From: Macrostomum lignano
Taxonomy: Eukaryota
Assembly: GCA_002269645.1 (NCBI GenBank)
Contig: NIVC01000363.1
Location: 588,231 to 652,230 of the forward strand
DNA: 64,000 bases
Reading direction: 5' to 3'
This document shows positions 13,282-23,648 of the stretch, in pieces. A program made the translations under genes and the position numbers. Below the pieces are notes generated by a model, which worked only from the letters and a program-made list of their open reading frames with translations, searched no databases and was not told the DNA's origin. How positions within the stretch are numbered: the stretch's first letter is position 1; each line of letters opens with the position of its first letter.

Positions 13282-13527
13282 TTAGCACATAGCATGGCAG
13301 TTGGTGCAAGCCCAAGCGTAGCCGTCAATAAAGCGGTCATCTTGACGGAGCTGCAGCCGAAGTTGAATGGTTGAGTGGTATTTGGCCATCCAATTCATGG
13401 TATCCCTTGTTGTTGCCATAATCACAGCCAGTTCCTGCATTGTCAAGGTGATGTCACACAAAGCTGCAGCTAGTTGCACTTGTGCTACTGGTACAATAAA
13501 AGTGGGTGCCACTGGTTGTCCTGCCAT
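13282..13527 (-). pseudogene. Possible decayed Merlin/ISXO2-like transposase N-terminal fragment
   Basis: MNWMAKYH...IDGYAWACTNC resembles the W...DGYxWxCxxC motif of Merlin-type transposases; no DDE region seen. Confidence 0.3.
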
Positions 13528-15899
13528 AGTATATTAGTCTTATAGTGTATTAGCTGCTTGTCTATTAACTGTGTATGATATTACTCCATGCCACTCCTAA
13601 AGCTGCGTACAGTAGCATCTTTATTCCCCATAGACGTTCTTTGCTAAAATGCCACGTCAGTGAAAGCCACGTCATCATTACGTTACCATGGTCCGTAATA
13701 TGGGCCATAGACATTCCTTTGCCTACCAATGACTTTACGGTACATTTTGACACCATGTCAAACATAAAAGTGACACCATGTCAAACATAATAAGAGCCAC
13801 AACTTAATTTAATTTATTGTGTTGCAGGGCATGCTGTGTGCCATGCTGCGCAACACTATGGCGCACAACACTGCACTGCAACTGCGCAATATTAGCCTAT
13901 GCCACACAAGTCACAACACTGCGCCGCACAACACCACACCACACAACACCGTGTCATGTGTCACAGATTTTGGACTGTTTTTTTGCACCCGTGTAGTGCA
14001 TCCGCAGGTTCTGGAAAGTTATTCCAATAAGGGACCCTTTGCCATCTGTATATATATATCAGCATATTTGCAAGTCACAAGACAAGACAAGACTAAAATT
14101 CCTAGGGTCTACTAATTTAGGGCCCAGCTACTGCCACTGGCACTAGTACTTGTAAATTGGTAACAATTAAATTAATAATAAGCCCCGTCGGCGTCATGAT
14201 GATTATATTTATGTTAGGGCCTAGGCCGCCTAGCCCCCCCCCCTATGGCTATAATAAGGAAATAAAAAATGAAATTGTAAAAAATGATCAGGTTTAGAAG
14301 AAATAGGCCTATCATATAGACTAGAGTACTAGTACTAGGCCTAGGAGCAGTATCAGTGGAAAGACCTATAAGGATTGGCCTCGAATTCGATCGATCGTCG
14401 CGGATCCTGTTAAAAGAAGATTTAAAAAACCCTCAAGCAAACGATACTTCTTGTTCTTATCTTTTATTAAAAGTAAAAAAACAAAAACAAAAAACTTTTA
14501 GGCCCCCTAATTTCTTAATTTTTAAATCTGATTGCGAGGGGGGCTACGGCTAGGTTTAAGAACACTTTTGTTATATTTTTAAACAAATTAATTGAACAAA
14601 GAACAAATATTCACGGCATGCACGAAAAACTTCAGAGCCTCAGAGACATTATCTATTAGGCTTTCGCCCTTGTCAGTAGCCGTAGCCTTAGCCATGAAAT
14701 GGCACGAAAGAGAACTAAGGACTGCTATTAGGCCTTAGTCGTGGCCTTTAGGCTTTAATTCCTTAAGTCCTAATGCTAAGGCCAGGATGTAGGTAGGTAC
14801 CATGTACCAGTAGGCCTAGGGCCCTACTGTACTACTCAATTTGTCTACTAAGCTGTTTATCATAAAAATAATTTCAAAGTTAGATCTTTTAAGTTTATTT
14901 TCTTAAAAATTTAAGACTTGGCATGAGCTTGACTTTAGCTTATATATAATATAATATAGGCCTATATAATATGTAGCTATAGGGCCTATTACTAGGCCTA
15001 GGTTACACCAAATTTGTTTTTGCCAATAGATCTAGACCTAACTAAAATGTAAGAAATTCAATGTAAGATTCAAACAGTTAAAACAAACTAAGAAAAATTG
15101 TCAAAAACAAGACAGACTTATCTACTAAAGTTATTTCTTTACATAATATGCAATTAAATAAATTTCTATAATTCTATATACTTAACTCAATGAGCAAAAT
15201 ATTGTTAGACTTTAATATAATTTTATGATTTGCTAATTATACATTATTATATCATATGAGTAAAATAGCTCAGTTTAATATAAATTGAATCTATCCAAGT
15301 TTTGTTTATTTTTTTAACCATTAACTAAGCGGCATTAACAAAGTTTTATTTAAGTATGACTACAAATTCCAAAATGTATGCAAATTATTAGCTCTGGGGA
15401 TTGAAATTCATTGGGTTTCAAATCCTAGATTTTAACAAGCTGACTTGTGAAAAATAAAATTAGATAAAAACTATTCATTTCATTTATTTCAATTATTTCT
15501 TTTGTATCTCTTGACTTCTCAAATAACATTTGTCTCAATTTTTAATATATAATAATAATACTAGTTAATAGTGTATAAGTGTGTATAGTTAGATAACAAA
15601 AATGGTTAACAATACATTGAGAAATGAACCAAATTCATGAATAGTAAGTTGAAAAGTTAGATGTTGACAAATTTGGTGGCATCCATATAACCTACTTATT
15701 ATACCATAATAGATAGGTCCTATATTATTTAATGTAAGCAAATTATTTGAATAATTAAATGTATATTTTGAATAATGCATTGCTAATATTATATATAACT
15801 TTATAAGCCTATAAAATTTAGGCACAGCCTTACCATGGGTCTATATTCCCATTGGCCTTGGCAGAGTTAATATAAGTATTGGTATATGTTTATATTATA

Positions 15900-17032
15900 T
15901 GAAGTACAGGTGTCTTGCCTGTGGTTGTCTAGAGGCCTTCAATAGGAACGCTGCCCCGGTGAAGTACAGTTGCTTGAGCTCCTCTGGGAAGTCTCCGGGT
16001 TGATCTAGTAGCGTTGGTAGTGCTGCCACCAGCTTCGCAGAGTCGCAGCCTTCGGTGAGGTGCTGAGCTCGTAGAAGCAAATAACTAAGACGAGAGAAAG
16101 AGACTCGCACTTCGTGCAGATTTAGCAGTTCTCGCGCAGAGGTGCCCACCGTCAGCAGTCCCTGCCGGGCTGGTGCGGGGTGAGAGCGAAAGTGCTAGCT
16201 TCGGGCGATCTGAGCTGGCCTGCTAGCTGATAGCAGGAACAATCAGAGCCAGAGGCAGTCACGCGCAAAGTCGGGAGTCTTGGAGTTCAACTTAAGCGTC
16301 AACTTGGCACACAACTTAGAGTTCGCTAGAAACGAAACGGAAGGAACGCTAGGAAAGCTTGGAAAGCTAGGAACGCGAGGAACGGTAGGAACGCTGAAAA
16401 CGCAGAAACGAGAGGCTGAAACGGAAGGGCCGGTTAACGGAAGGAAAGAAAGGCTTGTCTGAGCCAAGCCAGGAGAGGGGCTGCATTTATAGGGAGGATC
16501 GATTGCACCATAGCACGAAAGGCCCCCGCTGAGAGTCATAAGTGACTCTGTTGCTATTTTTAGCAACAAACAAGCGGGCCCTGCCTCAGAGGAGGCAAGG
16601 GGGGGTCCGGGCGCACGTGATCTCCCCATAAACACGAGCCCAGCGTACAATGATGAAATCATTGCACTTTGGACTAAAGAAGGAAGAGGGCCTTGTCATG
16701 TGACTGACTCACATGACAAGGGGAAAAGGCCCACAAGTGAAGGCACTCGTGACCGTGGGACCGGAAAACAGGAAGGCACTCCAAATTTGGAGATGCCTGA
16801 CAGAGAACGAAACAGAGGCAGGCCAGACCAAGCTGTCTGGGCACTGCAAAAAGGGAAAGCGAGACAAAAGGGGCAAACGAGGACAAACAGACAGACAGAC
16901 AAACGGGCAGAGGACAGGCCAGGGACAGGCGGGAGGGACAGGCAACTGCCCAGCGGCAGACAGAAACCTGGGGAGAAGGCGAGGGCAACAGCTGACTAGT
17001 GCGGCGCCTAACTAAACTAGCGACTCACTACA
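15900..17032 (-). repeat. 3' LTR
   Basis: Same length as the 5' LTR; all ORF-track translations inside are identical to those at +9052. Confidence 0.97.
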
Positions 17033-17040
17033 CTCTCCCC
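17033..17040 (-). promoter_or_regulatory. Polypurine tract (GGGGAGAG) abutting the 3' LTR
   Basis: + strand ctctcccc immediately after the LTR end. Confidence 0.9.
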
Positions 17041-17434
17041 GTTCAAATAAAGAGGCGGAGTGAAGCGGCGCGCGCTTTATTTAAAACAAAGTAAACGTGA
17101 ATTTACTGACAAAAGAAAACACACAAAATTTCAAATGCGCTCGTGAAATTGCGCGACTGGCCAGGTCGTAAAGATAGTGGCCTGATACCGCGGGGGCGCC
17201 AACCCGCTAATAGCCTGCGCCTAACTATTCCTCGTGCTCCAGCCCGCAAAATTAGTGCTCGAATTTGGTGTGGGGGCGCCGGCCCACCCTAGAAATGGCG
17301 CCTAAATATTGCGCGGGCGATACCTGAATACACAAGCCAACCGGCTTAAAATTCCTGCATAAGGGCGCTTAACTAGCGCGGCAAACGGGGCAACTTCATT
17401 GTCAACAGGGCGTACATCAGCGTACGGCCGCCAA

Positions 17435-20287
17435 TCAGTCAAAATAGCACAGACGCGGAGTCATCAAGAGCATCGGCAGGTCTTCTTCCCCGCCGCCCAT
17501 GAATCGGGCAACGCGGACGGCCGCCAGGTGGAGAGCGTACGGCCGGTTCGGCCGCTCCAGGTCGGGGCCGGCCAGGCCGACCGCCTCCGCGAATAACCGG
17601 CTCCTCTCCTCGGCCGTGGTTTGACGGAGCTCCGCCCAGATCGGGCCACCGAGGTCAACGATTTCTCCGCCTTGCCGAGCCGCTCTGACGAGTACAGCGC
17701 TTGTCAGGTTGGCGCCGGCAGCGATGACGGTAGCTCGGTATTCCGGTATTGGCGACTCCGTTTGAGTGCCGGTATCGAGCGTTTCCGCCGGACGTTCGGG
17801 CGATGGTGGCGGGGCCCTGGGCAGGGTGCGGCGCAGCGACGCGGCCAGGTCGGTCCAAACAGCTGAGGAGCATGCGGCCGCTCCCTGAGTGTCATCGGTC
17901 CAAGACATCGGAGACGGGGCCGCGTCGGGATGCCTGGCGTCGTCGAGATCCCCTCCGCGTTCATCTGTTCCGCCGGGCCTGCCATGGTGCTCCGACCCGA
18001 CTCGCTCACGGGCCGCCGGCCGAGCCCCGTCGATGTCTGGAAGGGAATTGCGGACTTGGAGGCGGATGTCCGCCAAGCCCCGCATCACCTGCTGTTCCAG
18101 CTGCACGTAAGCCAAAGCGGCCGCGATCCGGTCGACCATGAGTGTCCGCGCAGTCGCGTCTGGCGATGGCGAGTCGCGCGTGAGGTCGATGACTTCGGGC
18201 GAGTGTCGTTGACCCCGAGCGGGGTGTTGAGCTGCATGGCTCTCCAGAACGGGCGAAGGGCTTCGCCTGGGTGCCGATGTTCGGAGTGGCCTCCCATTCC
18301 GCCTCTGGGGCTCGGGAGACGGCGTGCGACGGTGAGGGCGCCGATCAACCTGGCGCGTCGGCCTCGCCGAGCCGTTGCCTTCAGCCCTGAGTCTCCGGTT
18401 AATTGTCTCCAGCGGGCGCCGCGGGATCCCCATGGTCTCTGGCGAGACCGGGGTACCAGGTCGGCGCCGGCTACGGCTAGGCCGCCCTTGCTCCGCATCG
18501 GACGAGGAGCTTGAGCTCACGTGGAGCGGACGCTTGTGCATTTCTGCGCTGCAAGGTTTTAATTTGTGCACACGCATGCGGGCGGTGCGACTAACGTACG
18601 TTTTGGCCCTAGGATCGCTAATCAGAAGCCTCTCCGGCGGCCTCCGATCCCTAACTGGCCTACCTACCACTACTGGTATGGGAGACGCTTCCACCTGAGT
18701 GGTGCAAGGAGGTGGCGCAGGAGACTGCACCGCCGAAAAAGGTTCGGGAAGGGGGGACGCATGGACAGGTGAAAAAGAAGCAGCAGGTGCAGACGCATTC
18801 AAACCAGGCACACCATCATGGCGATCACCATACGGCAGTGGCTCACGCCGAAATGCACTTGCCTGGTTCGCTGGTGTCGTGACCGGTCCACCTCCTGGCT
18901 GCACATCCGGGATCGCCAACGGCCGGAAGCGCCACCGGAAGGCCGGCCATGCGTCATCATCATCATCGTCCTCGTCCGGATCGTCCTCCGGAATCGGTGT
19001 CAGAGTCGCGGGTCCTGCACCGTCCGGGGCATCAGTCAACCTGCAGCGCTTCTTGGCCTGGTCGACTTCTGGATCCGAAGTCAGCTGGTAGTCGGCATCA
19101 GGGACGAGTAGCAGATTCCGGCGATGGACTACTAGCTCGTCGCGCCTGGCCCGCGGGTTTGGCACTCTACGGCGAATCTTGTAGACGACCTCGCCCTTGG
19201 GTTCGACTACCTCGTACAGCGCTTTGCGAGGTCGATGGAACTTCGCCGCTTCATCCGGTTCGAGCACCGGGTTGTTGAGGAAAACCAGGTCACCAGGTTG
19301 GAGCTTCTTGGCAGCGGGCAGGTTCGAATAGTGCTCGTCGCGCAGTTGCTGATGCAGATGCAGGCGTTCTTTGGCTAGCTCAGTCGCTTCGTCCAAACGG
19401 CGCTGGAAGTCCTTGACATAGTCAGGCAGATTGGCATACTCCGGCAGCTTCTTGATCGCGTTGTCGATTGGTAGTCGAAAGTCTCGACCAAACACCAGGT
19501 AGTGAGGCGTGAAACCTGTCACCGGGTGTACACTAGAGCGGAGCGCCATCAAGCAGGCTGGGAGGAAGGTGTCCCAGTCGTTATGGTTGCGCTCGAGGAG
19601 GCAGGTGAGGACACTCTTCAGCTGCTTGTTGAGGTTCTCGACTTGCCCATTAGAAGCTGGGTTGTACGGTGTTGTCGTCGTATGCCGGATGCCAAACAGG
19701 TCGCAGAACTTCTTGAAAGCTGAGCCAGTGAAATTGGTTCCTTGATCAGTGTGTATCCAGCATGGTACACCAAAGTCAGGGATCAAGCGCTCCTGCAGGA
19801 TCTTGATGACCGTCTTGGCTTTCTGGTTCCTCATCGGATAGGCGAACGGATACTTCGACGTCGCGTCGCATAGCGTCAAGATGTAGCGGTTCCCGCTCTT
19901 GCTCTTCTGGGCGATAGGGCCTACTACATCGCAATGTACTCTTCCCAGAACTTCGCACACAGGGAAGCTCTGTACAGGTACTCGGTCTCGTCTTCGGGAT
20001 TTACTTTCAAGACAGGCGCGGCACTTACTGATAAAGTTCTCGGTGACACGGGCTAATCCGGGCCTCCAGAATCGTTCACGTAGCCGCTTCAACGTCTTCG
20101 TCTGGCCGAGGTGTCCACACAGTGGCGAACTGTGGAGCTCCTGGAGCACCTGGGCATCAAGAGACTCAGGCAGGACAACCTTCGGGGACTGCTGGCCATC
20201 AGTCAGATCGATCATCAGCAGGCCGTTGTCCTCTAGCAGATTATCATAATATCCGAGCAGATTCCGCTGCTCCTTCGTCAGTCGCAA
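17435..20287 (-). CDS. Gypsy integrase with very long C-terminal extension
   Basis: HHCC zinc finger (ELHSSPLCGHLG...CRAC), DDE core (HCDVVGP, HTDQGTNF, NGQVENLN), GPY/F-like region and RRPPERL, then ~370 aa more. Confidence 0.93.
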   Translation of the reverse strand: MRLTKEQRNLLGYYDNLLEDNGLLMIDLTDGQQSPKVVLPESLDAQVLQELHSSPLCGHLGQTKTLKRLRERFWRPGLARVTENFISKCRACLESKSRRRDRVPVQSFPVCEVLGRVHCDVVGPIAQKSKSGNRYILTLCDATSKYPFAYPMRNQKAKTVIKILQERLIPDFGVPCWIHTDQGTNFTGSAFKKFCDLFGIRHTTTTPYNPASNGQVENLNKQLKSVLTCLLERNHNDWDTFLPACLMALRSSVHPVTGFTPHYLVFGRDFRLPIDNAIKKLPEYANLPDYVKDFQRRLDEATELAKERLHLHQQLRDEHYSNLPAAKKLQPGDLVFLNNPVLEPDEAAKFHRPRKALYEVVEPKGEVVYKIRRRVPNPRARRDELVVHRRNLLLVPDADYQLTSDPEVDQAKKRCRLTDAPDGAGPATLTPIPEDDPDEDDDDDDAWPAFRWRFRPLAIPDVQPGGGPVTTPANQASAFRREPLPYGDRHDGVPGLNASAPAASFSPVHASPLPEPFSAVQSPAPPPCTTQVEASPIPVVVGRPVRDRRPPERLLISDPRAKTYVSRTARMRVHKLKPCSAEMHKRPLHVSSSSSSDAEQGRPSRSRRRPGTPVSPETMGIPRRPLETINRRLRAEGNGSARPTRQVDRRPHRRTPSPEPQRRNGRPLRTSAPRRSPSPVLESHAAQHPARGQRHSPEVIDLTRDSPSPDATARTLMVDRIAAALAYVQLEQQVMRGLADIRLQVRNSLPDIDGARPAARERVGSEHHGRPGGTDERGGDLDDARHPDAAPSPMSWTDDTQGAAACSSAVWTDLAASLRRTLPRAPPPSPERPAETLDTGTQTESPIPEYRATVIAAGANLTSAVLVRAARQGGEIVDLGGPIWAELRQTTAEERSRLFAEAVGLAGPDLERPNRPYALHLAAVRVARFMGGGEEDLPMLLMTPRLCYFD

Positions 20288-21339
20288 CCGGGCGTCGAAC
20301 TCAGGCTTCGGGCTTTGTTCTCGACCAAGTTGAGCACGTAGCTGATTGCTCGGTCGGCGCGCTGCGCGTCGACAAACTGTTGCCGCGTCATCGGCATCCT
20401 CATAAAATCAGTGAGCACGGCGCGGCATGGCTGAGGGTTCCGGATTTCCTCAGTCTCCGCTTCTGTGGCTCGCAGTTGATCACGCGACTCCGTCTTGTCG
20501 GCGTCAGGATTAGGTCGCTCCGAGGGACTTTGTCTCACAACGTCGGCGTACGATCGCTGATCTCGTTTCGAAGTTCTCATCGTCGCTCTCTTGACAGGAA
20601 TTTCCGCAGCTGGAGCAGTGCACTTGCCTCCACTGCACAGCCCAGGCGACTCTTGGCTGTAGGGCGAGACGCAACACGTGAAGCACGCCTCGTCGCAGGC
20701 AGCCGTAGCCGTCGGCTCGATCATCGTCGTCATTGGGTGAGTCTTCTCCAGCACTGGGCGGTGTCGCAAAGGGGGACTCGACTTTCCGCACAGGCGATGA
20801 GCAGCTGTCTGTCGGCTCGGGGGACAGAGCGTTGACCTTGCAGCCGTCGCGAGAGTCTGGCCTCTGTCAACACGGCGAGAACTCTCAGCGCAAAACTCCG
20901 GGGAGTTGAACTTACATTGCTGGTCTGGATTCGCGTTGTGGGCTGTCATCAGAAGGGCTGCTTGTTCAGTGGCCTCTGAGTCGTGGTCCATGGGCGTCTC
21001 CAGATTCCGAGACCCGCAGTCTTGGACATCATCAAGGAGGTCTACGTCAGCAGTGGCCTCCGAGGGTTTGTCCGGGCGAATCTCCAAGTAACGGCAGTCG
21101 GCGTGGGCGTCGCTGCGGAGGGCTGAGGTGTCAGTGGCCTCCGGGTTGGTGTCCAAACCGGTCTCCAGGCGTTGACTGCAGCGATGGTCGTCGTGCTGAA
21201 GGACTGCTGGCGCAGTGGCCTCCAGGTCTTCGGCCAGGGCAGTTTCGGCCTCCTTGTTGCGAGTGTGGACCTTCTTCGGGGCTGCTCTTGCAGTGGCCTC
21301 ACGGTGGTGTCCAATTCCGGCTCCAGCTGGTGTCATCAC
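20278..21339 (-). CDS. Pol linker between RNase H and integrase (frameshifted relative to both)
   Basis: Open for 353 codons; ends in a pre-integrase-like motif (FVDAQRADRAISYVLNLV). Confidence 0.6.
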   Translation of the reverse strand: MMTPAGAGIGHHREATARAAPKKVHTRNKEAETALAEDLEATAPAVLQHDDHRCSQRLETGLDTNPEATDTSALRSDAHADCRYLEIRPDKPSEATADVDLLDDVQDCGSRNLETPMDHDSEATEQAALLMTAHNANPDQQCKFNSPEFCAESSRRVDRGQTLATAARSTLCPPSRQTAAHRLCGKSSPPLRHRPVLEKTHPMTTMIEPTATAACDEACFTCCVSPYSQESPGLCSGGKCTAPAAEIPVKRATMRTSKRDQRSYADVVRQSPSERPNPDADKTESRDQLRATEAETEEIRNPQPCRAVLTDFMRMPMTRQQFVDAQRADRAISYVLNLVENKARSLSSTPGCD

Positions 21340-23563
21340 GTCGGGCTGCAGAACGGGTGCTCAGCAGTCGGCCGTGCTCGAAGTCAACCGGTGGTGTCTC
21401 CGGGCGTCTTGACAGGGCGTCAGCGTTGGCGTGGTCCTTGCCTTTGCGATGGTGAAGCTGGAAGCGGAACTCGCTTAATCGCTCAATCCAACGGCCCAAG
21501 ATGCCTGTGACCTGCGTCTGGTTCAGCAGCCACAGCAAGGCCCGATGGTCAGAACGAACTTCAAACTTCTTGCCGATTAAATAATGACGGAAATGTCGCA
21601 TCGCGTCCACGATTGCAAGCAGCTCTTTCTTCGTGACCGTGTAGCGCTTCTCAGGATCACGAAGCTTCCGGCTAAAGAATGCAATTGGGCGCTCGACGCC
21701 GTCGGATTGCCGTTGTCCAAGACAAGCGCCTATGCGAATGTCTGAGGCATCCGTGTCTAGGACAAACTTCACATTAGGATCTGAGTTAAACTCAGGCAGA
21801 GCGAGAACTTCAGTCGAACACAACTTCTTCTTCAACGTGTCGAACGCTACCTGGTGCTCATCAGTCCAATGCTGCCGCAGGCTGCCGATGTCCTTTCGAG
21901 TCAGGGCATGTAGCGGCGCAGCAAATCCAGCGTAGCCGTTGACAAACTTGTGGTAGTAATTGGCGAGGCCTAGGAATTGTCTCAGTTGAGTAACGGACTG
22001 TGGCACGGGCCAATCACGGATCTGCGCAATCTTGTCCTCACAGGTCTTCAGGCCGTCGGGAGTCACGACGTGGCCTAGATAATGCAGCTCCTTGAGGAAC
22101 AAATGGCACTTCTTCGGCTTGACCTTGAGGTTGGCTGCGATAATCCGCTGGAGTACAGTCCGCAGGTTGTCCAGCTGCTCCTCGAAGGTCACAGAGTGCA
22201 CCACGATGTCATCCATGTAGCCAAGCGCAGTCTTTGGCGTCAGGCCGTCCAGGAGCTTATTGATGCAACGCTGAAAGCTGCCTGGACTATCGTGGAGACC
22301 CATCGGTAGAACATTGAAACAGAATTGTCCGCGGTCAATCACAGAGAACGCCGTCAGGTGCTGATCGCAGTCGCGCAGCGGGATCTGCCAGAATCCTTGA
22401 GCGAGATCCAAGCTAGAGTACCACTGGGCACCACGCAGCTTCGCGAAGGTCTCCTGAATGTGCGGCAGCGGGTACGGGTGGTACACACACTTGTCGTTGA
22501 GAGCTCTGAAGTCATGCACCAGCCTGATGTTGCCGTCCTTCTTGGGCACTATCAGCATTGGCGAGTTGTAGCTAGAATAAGCCGGGCGAATGATGTGCTT
22601 CGCCAGCATCTCGTCTAGCAGGGCGTCTAGCTTGTCCTTCAGATGAGGCGGGATCCTGCGCGGTGGTAGCGCAACTGGTGTCCGATCCTTCAGGATGATC
22701 TCGTGGGTCACCAAGTGTGTCAGGCCAGCGTCTAGCAGATGCTTCGAGAAGGCTGCTTGACACTCAACTAGTAGATCTCGCACTCTCTGTCGTTGATCTT
22801 CGGACAGCTCGCTGTTGATCTCGACTTCCTCTAGCCAAGCTGTGCTGGACTCTTCAGGGCTCCTTGGCAAATGTCGCACTTCAGGTTCCGGCGTCTCTTC
22901 CAGGTACATCAGGTCGGCAGTTCTAAGTGGTGTCGCAACACCAACGCGGATGCCCGACTGCAGGAACACCTCACAGTCAGCAGTGTTGACGACCTCGATG
23001 TAGCCTCGACCTTCAGGCATAGTCATCAGAGCTGGAGCTGCTTCCAGAGTGTTGCAGCTGGGGTGCAGTCTCGACTTCACCAGCTCGACGATTGATGGCG
23101 ATCCTCGGTTCTCGGGGTGGCCGACATCCAACTGGACGGCCAACAGCGCTGAACTTCTCGGCGGCAGAGTGCACTTCTCGGAGGTGTACACCCGGCATGA
23201 TTGAAGCTCACGGCGCGAATAGCGAACGGGAATGCACGCGCCATTGTTGAACTTTAACATTCCTTGAGCAAAGTCCAAGTTCTGGCAGTGTTCACGCATG
23301 AAATTAATACCAAGCAAATTTTCACAATCGGTGACCGTGACCAGGAATTCGGTGTCCGCGACGACATCACCGAACTCCACCGGGATGATCACCTTACACG
23401 CAAGGGGTAGCTGCGTACCGTCGTACATGGTCACGCAATCCGGGATAGCATGCGATATGATACAACGAGGCATCCGACGTCTAACATTGGCCCAGGTCGA
23501 CGCTCCAAGAAAGTTTTTCCGACTGCCGCTGTCTAGTAGGAAAGGGACTTCTCGGCCCGCCAA
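21299..23563 (-). CDS. Gypsy Pol: aspartic protease, reverse transcriptase and RNase H
   Basis: FLLDSGS; SPMLIVPKKDG, LDLAQGFWQI, PMGL and GYMDD; LDTDASD and DHANADALSR. Confidence 0.97.
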   Translation of the reverse strand: MAGREVPFLLDSGSRKNFLGASTWANVRRRMPRCIISHAIPDCVTMYDGTQLPLACKVIIPVEFGDVVADTEFLVTVTDCENLLGINFMREHCQNLDFAQGMLKFNNGACIPVRYSRRELQSCRVYTSEKCTLPPRSSALLAVQLDVGHPENRGSPSIVELVKSRLHPSCNTLEAAPALMTMPEGRGYIEVVNTADCEVFLQSGIRVGVATPLRTADLMYLEETPEPEVRHLPRSPEESSTAWLEEVEINSELSEDQRQRVRDLLVECQAAFSKHLLDAGLTHLVTHEIILKDRTPVALPPRRIPPHLKDKLDALLDEMLAKHIIRPAYSSYNSPMLIVPKKDGNIRLVHDFRALNDKCVYHPYPLPHIQETFAKLRGAQWYSSLDLAQGFWQIPLRDCDQHLTAFSVIDRGQFCFNVLPMGLHDSPGSFQRCINKLLDGLTPKTALGYMDDIVVHSVTFEEQLDNLRTVLQRIIAANLKVKPKKCHLFLKELHYLGHVVTPDGLKTCEDKIAQIRDWPVPQSVTQLRQFLGLANYYHKFVNGYAGFAAPLHALTRKDIGSLRQHWTDEHQVAFDTLKKKLCSTEVLALPEFNSDPNVKFVLDTDASDIRIGACLGQRQSDGVERPIAFFSRKLRDPEKRYTVTKKELLAIVDAMRHFRHYLIGKKFEVRSDHRALLWLLNQTQVTGILGRWIERLSEFRFQLHHRKGKDHANADALSRRPETPPVDFEHGRLLSTRSAARRDDTSWSRNWTPP

Positions 23564-23648
23564 TCGGCCGGTGACGTACGGATCAGCCTCACGCGCATGG
23601 ATTTTTTATCATCGGAGGTGTCCACGAAACCTCCGCACTCAGCCTCAC

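Noticed and set aside
17435-18541. env gene in the Gypsy element
   Set aside because: No signal peptide, furin site or transmembrane segment seen
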